Source: Ptychomitrium polyphyllum
Lineage: Eukaryota
Length of the DNA stretch: 64,000 nucleotides
Reading direction: 5' to 3'
Assembly (NCBI GenBank): GCA_973851085.1
Contig: OZ316776.1
Location: forward strand, 10,974,001-11,038,000
This document shows positions 38,504 to 64,000 of the stretch, one piece after another (position 1 is the stretch's first letter; each line of letters begins with the position of its first letter). The notes beneath the pieces were generated by a model. The model saw nothing but the letters and a program-made list of their open reading frames with translations. It searched no databases and had not been told where the DNA came from. A program made the translations under genes and the position numbers.

Positions 38504-39629
38504 GCTGTGCCGGCGCTTCGATTAAGAGAGGGAGTGAAACGAGGGCAGGGGGTACTGGCGAGCTTTGATGGCGGCCAGTGTCGCCAAGATCTGGAGATTA
38601 TTGCAGCTGCGTTAGTCGAGGAACGGAAGCGGAGTTTGCTTCGCTTGGAGTTATGAAGTGGCTTGCGCTGCTGCGATCACGGACTTGAGCGTGTGGTGTG
38701 GTGTGGCCGCCGAGATTTTGCGCTCGCTCTTATCTGCGGGGGAGAGCTTGGTTTGTAGTGTGGTCTTTAATTGCATTCAGCGACTTGACGCTAGCTGCTT
38801 ACCTCTCCGCCGCGGTCTGCTTCGGTGCATTGTGTGCTTCACCGATATCTTCTCCAAAGAATGTTTGTGTCGTTACTGCGCGAAACGGCTCTATCGCGCG
38901 TCTCTTGTTCTGGTTTGGATATCGTTGGTCATGCGATGGCTCTGCACTCGGACTAACTTCCCTCGGTATCAGCCGCGAGTTGATTGCTTGCTCCGCTGGT
39001 GCTCCGCATTCTTGTTAATGACTGGCATTCCATGTAGGTTCGGAGTTTGGTTTTTCCTTCCAAGTTTGTGCGTCACTCTCTGTGTCACTATTTCATCTTC
39101 GTTAGAGTCACATTCATGCAGAGGTTTAGTTCTATCGAGAATTGGGAACACTGTGCGTTAGTCTTCTACGTAGTGTTCAATTTTATTAGGGATTGAGTGA
39201 CGGCGGTGAAGAAACGCAGGCTTATATCCTAATTCGTTCATGTGTAGATCTCTGCCATATCTCACCGCGGCTCCTCTCAAGCCTCCTGTTCCCTCTCCCT
39301 TGATGTCGGACTATCAATTAATCCTTTCCGTCGTTTGAGTTGGTCGCATTTTGCATCTGCTTCCTACAAGTATCTTAGGTCAGAATCACGATCCGTGCGA
39401 AGAGATCATATTTGGCGAGCAGAGGTCTCCCCTGTGCTTGTGTGTCTCTTCCATTGAATTTTTCTACTTGGCTGCTAGAGTCGACATTGTGCGTTTTTTG
39501 CGGCCCTCTGTAACTCGTTGTTCGAGGCGCTTCTCATGTCTACTTCTGTTAAGCAAGCCGCCTTCCTTTTTGGGTAGTGCTGCTTAAGTGTGCAGAATTC
39601 TGTTTCATCAGGTTTTCTCCAAAGTACCA

Positions 39630-42491
<2,862 letters not shown>

Positions 42492-44660
42492 TCTGTACTC
42501 GCACTTCTGTACGATACTGCTTCAACATTAGCGTAGATTATTATTCCTTGTCCCTTTCTGAGACATAGAAAGAATACTCTTTATGGAAGAGTAGCAATGC
42601 TTCATCAAGTCTTTGTGTACTGCATGTAGATCATGGAGTATTCAAATTCTCTATCCAGGTTGGGTGGATCTTGTCTTCTACGTATTTTGAGAACAGAAGT
42701 TCAGTCAAGTTTTGCAATTTGTATAACGAACTTACAGATCTATGCTTTAGCTTGGAACCTTCAATTATGGTTATATTTTTTTCGATATCTATTTGAAGTG
42801 AATTGTAGTGTTGTACGTGTATAGTACAAGTAGTATGCACAATCGCAAACACAAAATATGTTCCTGTACTGAGCTACGTATTTGAGGAGATAATTTGTTT
42901 TATTTGGTTGTTTATCTTGGTACTTTTTTAATACTTAAGTTAGAATCTCAACTTTTCTTAGTATTTGATAACCTAGCCTGCAATAACTTAGAATAGAGGG
43001 TAGACGATGAGTACTAAGGTATGCAGACCCTTTAAAAACTTGTTTTTAGAATGACTCTCAAAAAAATCGAAAACCTTTTATTAACCTTTAAAAAAACTCC
43101 TATTTTCTCCTCTTTTGAAGTTACAAAGAATTATAAAGATTCATTACAATATAGAATTAAGATTCATTACAATTCATTTGATTTCAAAGATATCAAATAT
43201 TAAAATTATTCAATAAAAAATAATGATTTTTATTTCTTTTAATGGATTTTTGAATAAGCACTATAAATAAGAAAGAACTACAAAAATGCAAGTCCAAACA
43301 AGGAAAAAATAAGTAAGCAAAATGTTGCTTGTATTTTGTATAAAAAATGAATTACAATAAAAGATAATCATATAGAAAGTCATTCACATTTATTACTACC
43401 TTATTTGCATATAAACACTTGGCATTGTTTCTATTTTTTAATGTTAGAGTTGTCGGCTGGTCCATCCATCCGCAAAGACATTCAATAAGCCTCATATTTG
43501 TTCAATAATTTTTATCTTTGATAAGGTGAATTTGGACTCTCTTTATCCACATAGTTCGCCACAATGCTACCATATAAGTAGTCTTGATTGGCCACAAGCA
43601 TGCAAGGAGCATAAGCCTCCTTCCTTGGCGCCCTCCCTTCTACCAATGCTTGTGCCTTATCCCCTTCCTAGCGCACAAGCCCCTTCTCCCTTCTTCTTGC
43701 TACACCCACCTTATTATTAGCACTTCATGTATGCACTTTGAAATAACAAATATCTCTAATAGAAAGGCATTATTGACATCTATTTAGAGATTTTCTCTAC
43801 AATGTCACAAAGGATGGGATATTAAGATTAAACATAATTTAATAAACTCAGGAGGTTTTTTTTCTTTTACACATGCTTGTCTAACATGGAAAATAGAACA
43901 AAAAATTTGTTTGTCCATTTGGTCCAATAAGGACCAATTTAAAGCTATATTCATTGAATTAAATAATCTAAGTAATGAACTAAATTGTGTTTGGGAATTT
44001 AAATTTAAAAATTATTTATTCACATTAGAATAAAGCTTAGAATTTGTGCAATTTTCAAAAATCTAATGGATGTTAGATCAATCAATACACAATGTAACTT
44101 AAATGGAACTTAAATGTTGTGCATGGATTAAGATTTTCTACAATTTATAAGAAAAGTATTGGAAAAAAAAGAAATTCATTTGTTATAATAGTTTAGAATT
44201 TTATGAATCTTTTGAATTAGATTAACATGGCTTGTTAAGATAGATTCCTCATACATGTTGCTAATATTTTATCAATGTACCATAATCAACAATAAATTTA
44301 GGTAGAACTCCAACTCTTATCTATTCTTTACTTCCATGGTTTTAGGTGCACTTAGCATCATATTTATAATTTATATATAAAATCATAGAATATGACTTAT
44401 GTCACAAAATGGATAGGTGAGAAGCATAGAATCGATATCTCTAAATTGGAATTGTGGATGAGAAATATTGAATGAATGGTCTATTGAAGTCAAGGAATCC
44501 AATGTTTCCAATGCTATTGAAAAGACGCTAAATGTCTATTGACTGCAATTGTTGCAGGTAAATTCTGCTGGAAAATCTTTGGAAGTCTTCGGAGTACAGC
44601 ACAACGAGGGGAAGAGTTTTATGGACACATGGTGTGTGCCGTGTCTCTTGGGCTTCCAGC

Positions 44661-44750
44661 GTCACACAACGTCACACAACGTCACACAACGGCACACGAC
44701 GTCACACGACGTCACACGACGTCACACAACGTCACACAACGTCACACAAC
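44661..44750. repeat. Minisatellite: nine tandem 10-bp units GTCACAC(A/G)AC
   Basis: gtcacacaac x3, ggcacacgac, gtcacacgac x2, gtcacacaac x3. Confidence 0.95.
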
Positions 44751-47445
44751 GTGTTGATGTGTCCAGCAAGAGGGGAAGAAGGCTTGCCAATGCAGCTTTC
44801 CTTCCTGCCTCCAGTCTCAACCTTACCTTACATTCGGTCCTGTGACATGCTAATCTTGAACTAATGCATGGCATTGTGGCCCACCTCCATTTTTCAGAGG
44901 GAGTCATCTCATATTACTCAGGACCGTTGTGAGGTTCTTAACGACTGCTTATGAGCTCCATTAGCAATTTTCAGAGTTATATCAATGACTTATGAGCTCT
45001 TTGTCTGGCATTGATTAATTTCAAGTGTTTTTGATTGAATTCATGTGGTTTGATCTTTGAGCCACTGAGCCCTTTGTGGGCATACATCATCATTCCTAAT
45101 GATCATCTTTGTAAACTTTAGATTTTAATACATGATAATGCAACAAGAATCTCAATTTCTAAACTTGTATGATTATGGACCTTGATAATTCGAAAAAGAG
45201 TAATTGATTCCTATGTGGGTCACAAACATTTGTGTTTTCAAATATTGTTTATAATGTAAAACTTTGGTTATAAATAGGCTATATATTTTGAATAGCATGA
45301 AGAAACATTTTATTGTTAAAAAGAATAAAAATGTATTACATTGATTAGTGGTTTATTTTACAACCATTTGTGCTTCTAGTTATTGTAGATAATATAAAGT
45401 CTTGAATCATTAATGGAATATATTTTTGAAGATATAAACAAACATTAAAGAATCCAATTCTATAATAATTTAGAAGTTTTCAATTTCATATAGAATCTTA
45501 TATTGATTGAAAGAGAATCATTAAAAATTAAAATATCAAAAGGATAAAATTAAAAGCTCAAAATTGTACAAGATAAGGTTATTTTTAGTCATTTAAAATT
45601 ATATATTTTTGAAGCTATATAAGAGCATAAACATTTTATTTGTTTTTCTTTTCCCTTGAAAGGAATGAAAGATAGGAAAGTTAAGGCAATAGATGGACAT
45701 GGAAAGAAATATGGATTGGGAGGAAGTGTGAAGGAGATGAAGAGGGACGGATCAAGAAGGAGGACATGAAAGATAGTTTGGTGGAAGGGGAGAAAAGTTG
45801 ATTGAAAAATATAGAAGGAAAAAATGGAACAATAGAAGGAAAGAATAGAAAGATGGACCAAAAGAAGGAAACAGAAGATAGATAGTAGGTGAAAGAGAGG
45901 AGGGAAGGAATGGAATTGGGAAAAGATTAAGTTATTTTTCTACCTTGGAATTTCTTTTTTTTCTTTCTTCATGCTTGTAATTGCTTTCTTTCTTGGCAGA
46001 AAACTAATTTCAGTTTCAAAAGAGAAAAACCGAGTTAGTCATAGATGTGTACGAGAACATCTTCTAAAATCTGATAGTTTCTGTGACTATTTGTTCATAT
46101 TATTGAAGACCTAAAACTAATAATAATTTGCAGATCCAAAATTCCTCTATTGTTCTTGAATTTTTGAACTTTTTGTGTATTTGAACCTATAAAAGTTCCA
46201 TTGCATTCATGTACCATTTTCAATATAGCAAACCCACTTTACACTGCTACAAACTTAATTCGTTCTTACAATCTCAAGGTTACTGATGATAAATTTCACC
46301 AAAATTTTCACTTCATATGCAGCCAACGGTGGGGCCACTGACGAACTCTACTTCTCGTGGTTCTAAACTCTTCCGTTTCCAAGGGAATGAGTTACCATTC
46401 GGGGCGGTTGCTAAAACCTCTGCCATAATCTAGCATTTCTTCAACTTCCACAATAGCATGAACTGCTCTTGTCCACATCCTCACAGTACCAGAACTCATT
46501 TGCATCAGAAATCCGCTTCTACACCATAAATCTCATTAGAAAATGATAACAAAGACCCGGCTCTGGCTCATCTTGGTCAGAGTACTTGCTCAATTGCTTT
46601 GTTCTGATACCGTAAAATATATGAGCCCAAGAAAATTGCTGAGATTTGTCTGTATTCCTATATCAGCGAAAAGGTGAACAGCTAAGGAGCCCCACCAAGA
46701 GAATAAGCAAGATAGCACTCAGAGATCTATCTGAATTTTATCTTGAGCATTCATGACAATAGAAAATTTGGACTATCGTCAAGATTATAAGCTGTACAGA
46801 TGATCTCTCCAACAAACATCAGGGTGCTGTATGAAAGAAGGGAACGGATAAAAACGATAACAACAGAAACTGCTTACACTTAAAAAAGGAAAAATCGTTT
46901 GGAAAAGTAGTCTTCGTATTCTGCAGTACACTCCACGAATTAGTAAAAGAGTAAAAAACTTCGCATAAGTCGAGATTTACTTCGTAACATCAAGTAAAAG
47001 AAGAGATGGGGTCCATTTCATCTCCATTCAACCATTATTAACTTGACATGTTAACCGTCAACTAAAGATGCAAGAGAATGGATCCTATAGACCGGGAGAT
47101 CTTCGAAAGAGAGCCAGCTTGCACTAAAACTAACTGTTATGTCTCATTGATGGTACTAGACTGCTCAAAGATCAGTGCCAATCATTATAGGTATGAATCA
47201 TGTATGGTTCATGTAACAAAGGATTTGATATAAGCTCTCCATTGAACAGATGTATTCAAATAAGCTTAAATCAAAACTTTCAGAGATCCTTCTCAATGAT
47301 GCTTGATAACCTAGTTGTCGAGTCTACTAATTTCAGTCTAGCTAGCCACGGAAACACCAGTTAACTATACTGCTAAGCTATTAACGCAAAAATATAACCA
47401 CAAACCTCAATATCAGCTGTTTCCAGATGTAGGTAGACGAGTTGA

Positions 47446-59014
<11,569 letters not shown>

Positions 59015-59424
59015 ATCTGTACGAATCTGCGCCTTCAGCCCTTCGTCGTGAGTCTAAGTAGGTTAAATATGCATCCCTCCCTCCCGCTCTTTCCCTCTTT
59101 CTCTCTCTCCGTTCCTCTCTCTCTCGCTCGGACAGGCTGCAGGTGAGGCGGAGGAACAGTGATTGCACGGAGGAACAAGCGAGTTCAGCGACAATTGCTG
59201 TCACCGTGGCCGTGGTGACGAAGGGGCTCGCAGATGGCCATTAGGAAGGAGCGACAATTATGCCAAACCTCCTCCGCAGCAAATGAACTCCCTAAAGATG
59301 GCTTCACGGCAAACTTGTGTTCAGAATTATACCAAAAAGACTGCAGTGGAAACAAAACCCACCTCTCCTGCCTCCCTCCCCCTTCGCCTCGACCCTACCA
59401 CAGCCTGTCGAATGGCCAAGTCCT

Positions 59425-59930
59425 ACATCCCAGGACCCAGGCTCCAGGTTCCGTAATTGACATCCCAAGTTTCTTAAGTCCAATTTCACATCCTAGGTCT
59501 TGGATCCCAGGTCCCAATTTCTATAACTTCTCTTCACATTTCACGACTCAGATCAGACGTCCAATGTCTCAGATTGCCTAGATCCCAGGTTTCACATCCC
59601 AAGTTCCACAACACCAGGTTGCGTAGCCGAATACCCAGGTCTAATATCAACGTCCAAGTTTTCAGGTCCGCGGTTGACATCTTAAAATCACAACCCAGGT
59701 CCTGCCTCTTGCGTCCTATATCAAAGTCCCAGATACCAGGTTCCAGGCTCCAGGTTCCAGGCTCCAGAGTTCAAATCCCAATTTTCACAACCCAGGCTCC
59801 ACAGCCCGCGTCCCCGAAAATATTGTCCTGACCCCAGGGCCGAAGTTCCATGCTCCACGTCCCAAGCTTTGCGACCGAGGTCTCCGATTCTGCGTCCCTT
59901 GTGCAGTTTCCGAGTTCCAGGGCTCATGAC
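59425..59930. repeat. Degenerate 6-7 bp period repeat (cccaggt / tccagg type) upstream of the CHD gene
   Basis: Recurring ccaggttccagg, cccaggtccc and ccaggctccagg, clearest at 59736-59768. Confidence 0.75.
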
Positions 59931-62007
59931 CCAAGTAGTACGGGATCTGAAGCCTACATCTCAAAGTTAGGGTGAGAAATTTCTTTGAACTTGAATCGTC
60001 ACTTTTCTAACTTACTTTTGATCACTTATGCAGACTTTCTTGAAGGGCAACATTGTGCTGCAGATTAACTTAGTACAGTAGTTAGTTCAGGCTAGTGGTA
60101 TATCGGTATCCATTGTGCTGTACCTTGGCTCTGATCCAACAGGCTCGCCAACGATTACCTTAGTTTGTGAGCATTGGAAAATTCTCATTGGATCATTGTC
60201 CATTTTACATGGTATGGTAGGATTGAGTTAGGGAATTCTAGAAATGACGTGTTGCCTTATGTAAATATATTGAATACAGTATAAATGATTATTTACGCAA
60301 GGCTATAATTTTTACAAAACCATTTGTCAAAAAAATTTAAATCTTGTGCAAAAATTAACATTTTTTGTCAAAAGTCTTGTGCAAGTAATATTTTATAAAA
60401 GAATAATAGTTTGTAAAATCATTTATCAAGAATCAAAATTTTAACATTGTCAAAGCCATAGTATTGGCATTGTTAAATACCATTTTTAGTGTACTACTAA
60501 GATTACATTGGTTATGATTCTAATCTATAAATATTTAATGTTCAGTTTTGGTTCTTACTATTAAATAAGTAGAAAATAAAAGTCTTGAAAATAAAAAACA
60601 ATTGGAAATGACTAAGAATACAAGACACATACAAGGGCGTTGCTTGGATGGAACAATTTGAACTTGGGATAATTGTGCCTATAATCATTAAGAATGTTAA
60701 GTTATATTATAAATTATCTCTTAAATACATGCATTTGGAAGTTATAACTAGATTGTATTTGATATATTATTAAATAAAAGTGGAACAAAGACAAGAGACA
60801 AAAACAAAAGTAAAAACATTGAGGCTATTCATATCAAACATTATAATTATAAGTTGTTATAACGCATAATATCCCAACATAAAGAAGATATTATAGTTCC
60901 TAATAAATATGAAGGTGTAGAATTTCATTGTCTATTGAAAACCATTTACAAAATTAATTTGAAGCAATGAATTATTTACACATGATTAGATTTAAAAACA
61001 CATATTACATTCTTTATTCATTAAACACAAAACAACCATAAAAATGTATAAAAGAAAGGTGGTAAAGTTGATATAATATTTTTTGAAGTACAATGAAGCA
61101 TTACTTAAGAATAAAAATAAGTGAAAATCAATATATTAAGATGGATAAGTTATGCATTTTCAACAATATTTTAAACCTCAAAAACAATGAGACTAATAAA
61201 GGTATTTTTAGCCTTTCTGGAAAACATTCAACAAAGGAAGATGCATACTAGTATTTTCATAAATTTTGATATTATAAAATTTAGATAATAAATATTTAAT
61301 TAATATTTAATTAATTTTTTTGTTAAAAACCTGATTTTTTTATATGATTGCTCATCAAAGTAGCTGCCATGGCTTAGCTAGTGGTAAGCTTTATAATAAT
61401 TTTTAAAAAGAAAAAAATTAAAATTTTCAAATTGGAATAACAATTTATTATATATTTTTAAATTTTTAGGAATTGTTTTTAAAACAATATTATCAAAAAA
61501 TTTAAAATGTTGTAAAAGAAAATATATGGTCTTCTTTATTCTTTAGAATTAAAGCTTTTATAAATGACAAATTTTTAGAAACAATATAGGCTATTTTAAA
61601 ATTAACTCAAGATTTCTTTGAAAATATACTTGAATAATATTATGGTTGTTTTTTGAAATGATAGAACGTTACAATTGTGTAATATATACTGATTAATCAT
61701 CTATTATTGCAAGTGATTATTATTTAAGTATATGTGATTTTTTTTAGCAATAAAAAATAATATTTTTAAGTTCAAAATTATTTGAAGTAAACATGTTCAT
61801 TACAAGCAATTTTTTACAACCACCATCTACAAAATAATTTTATCACTACTAATAATAAATTTGATGGTACATTGACGAGCCAAAGTGGAAGATAAGATTT
61901 GTAAATAGTCATAATAAGCACAACATATGATAAATGATAAAATTATAGAAGGAAGGATGAAATTTACTAATTAATCTTTGAAGCTTTATTAATGATAGGC
62001 TTAAAGT

Positions 62008-62429
62008 TGTTATGGACAGAGTAACTACAAGACAAGGCTTTAGAATTACATGATGTGGAACAAGAGATGTCCAAAATATATTAGAAGTAAAGAGCTATGA
62101 CAAGGTACAGAAGACAATGTCAGAAGGTCCGAATTAGACCACAAGAAATGCGTTGTCGAGACTGAAGATTCCTTCAGCCTTGACTTCTATATATATTAGA
62201 ACTACAAGCCTTGAAAGCTTCTTGGAAAGCTTTTCTTACATTGCTTCGTACTCGAGCAACCTTGAGTTGCTTCCTTCGAAGTTTCCTAAGCCAAAGGTAA
62301 CTTCTTTGGAAGCTTCCTAAGCCAAAGGTAACTTCTTTGGAAGTTTTCTAAGTCAAGGTAACTTCCTTGGAAGCTTCTTAAACCTTCTAAGAATCTTTCT
62401 AGATACTTCTAATATGTATGTCTGTGACA
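62008..62429 (-). mobile_element. Solo LTR (about 422 bp), related to the element at 11712-12301 and in the opposite orientation
   Basis: Ends TGTTATGGACA...TGTCTGTGACA (imperfect inverted repeat). Flanked by aaagt (62003-62007) and aatgt (62430-62434), a 5-bp duplication with one mismatch. Contains an 'aaggtaacttctttggaagcttcctaag' repeat array at 62270-62400 and a TATA-like run at ~62188-62196. Confidence 0.75.
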
Positions 62430-62855
62430 AATGTAAGATGGAAATTTAAATTGAATCAAATAAATGATTTAAACACATTAGTATATTCAAAAAACTAATT
62501 TGTAATGGTAATAATTTCCACCTACCAATTATTATGGTGGTTCGATAGTACTACCTTTTAAAAATCATAATTGATTCTTATTTTATATATAAATTGTAAT
62601 TCCACTTATATTTTTTCAAAACATTAATGCTATTGAAGATTTTGTAAAAGATGTCTTGTAATGTAAGGATGATTTGAATCTTTATTGTAATGGTTGTAGA
62701 TTGACTTACCTTACTTTTATTTAAGATAAGCAATGAAAAACGTCTACAGAAGATTTAATAAGATTATAAAAAATTATTAAAAATTTGTAAAAGATTTTTT
62801 TATAATTATCTTTCTCATGTATATACATCGTTATAAAAATATTATAGCAATGTTA

Positions 62856-62925
62856 AATACAACTAATAGATTAAAAAAATTAATATACATAATACAACTA
62901 ATAGATTAAAAAAATTAATATACAT
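62856..62925. repeat. Exact 35-bp tandem duplication in AT-rich intergenic DNA
   Basis: aatacaactaatagattaaaaaaattaatatacat occurs twice, adjacent. Confidence 0.9.
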
Positions 62926-64000
62926 ATTTTTTTAATATAAGTTTTATACAAAATAATTATTTTTATATATCTATTAAAAAATAAAAAATACGTGTTTCAT
63001 TTAAAGGTTTTAAATAAATATAAAATAATTATTGAAATAAAAACGACCACATGTCTTTTATTCAAATATAAAAGGTCACTATACATTTAAGAAATTTAAG
63101 AAATTTGGAATAGAACTTTGCATAAAGGTTATTATATAAGATGCATCACACAATCAAATGATTTCTTAAAATTAGAAAGTTAAACATCATAATTATTTTA
63201 AATACCTTTTCAAATACCAAATAATGATTTTTTTAATTTTTAATTTTTAATTTTAAAAAATAATATTATAGTGGGATAATGAAAATCCATATTTAAACCT
63301 TATTTAAATACTAATTTTGCTAATTTTGACGTTTTATCAATGAAAATCTAACTTTACAAAGAAACTACTAAAATTTAATGCATACTTGTGATTTTTTCCT
63401 CATAAAATTCCAAAAAATCATCACATTACTGTATTTTGAAAATACACAATCTTTTATTTTATAATATATATTGAAACCTGAGATAAGTAACTTTAGTACA
63501 TAATTTGTGAAATTTGTAATCAAGAAAACTGTAAAAATACTATATGTATATAATGATGTTTTATACTTTGCAGAAATTGCAACATGTTAAAAAACAATTT
63601 TATCAGTGACAAAAAGGAATTAAAAAGTCAACAGCAATAAAAGTTATCAAATTCATTGTTAAATATGACAACACACGTTTATAGAAATTACGCATGTTAT
63701 AAGAGTGATAATACATAATTGTAATGTTATTAAATTTCATACAATTGCGTTGATGTTTGCGTAAAGAGGCAATTCACCAAACAGTCTGTTCTTAAAAGAT
63801 ACAAAGAAGAAGGAAATACTAAAAACTGTCACTACCGAATGACTTTATGATTTTGAAAGCTTAGAATGTAGTTATTCCAACTTTTAACATACAAAACTCT
63901 AACTAACAGTTACAGCAATTTGAATATATTCATAATTGATGATGTCCATAATCTACTCCTAAAAACAAGTGCATTACCCCGCTTTACTATTCGTTGCACT

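Noticed and set aside
38658..39161. 167-aa Cys-rich ORF upstream of CDKA
   Set aside because: Non-ATG start, T/G-rich composition typical of a 5'UTR intron, and no motif.
44661..44750. CRISPR-like array
   Set aside because: Contiguous 10-bp units with no spacers, in a eukaryotic context.
60200..64000. Possible second decayed transposon in the AT-rich block around the solo LTR
   Set aside because: Likely transposon-derived, but I could not read an ordered set of motifs.

Overview
Eukaryotic, intron-rich plant nuclear DNA. It is most likely from a moss: this is inferred from the CDKA sequence, the gene structures and the type of transposon debris, and was not checked against a database. Nine protein-coding genes can be read: (1) the 3' end of an ENTH-domain gene, (2) a secreted GH31 alpha-glucosidase/alpha-xylosidase, (3) a chorein-N/BLTP3 (SHIP164/UHRF1BP1)-like lipid-transfer gene, (4) a chimeric gene, (5) an intronless dirigent-fold protein with a plastid-type N-terminus, (6) a small DnaJ-type zinc-finger gene, (7) a STR10-like rhodanese head-to-head with it, (8) a PSTAIRE CDKA, and (9) a CHD3/PICKLE-like remodeler. 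AT-rich intergenic blocks hold a decayed hAT transposase and two related solo LTRs. The strongest novelty candidate is the chimeric gene (27497-31023). It joins, within a single exon, the USP-like N-terminal domain of plant receptor-like cytoplasmic kinases to a type II 3-dehydroquinate synthase (AroB'-like) domain whose conserved motifs look eroded, suggesting a pseudoenzyme sensor or scaffold. Also notable are Thr14->Met in the CDKA P-loop and a six-fold SLE(D/E)VLRxTG repeat in the CHD C-terminus. Exon boundaries were read by eye, and family assignments rest on recalled motifs rather than searches.
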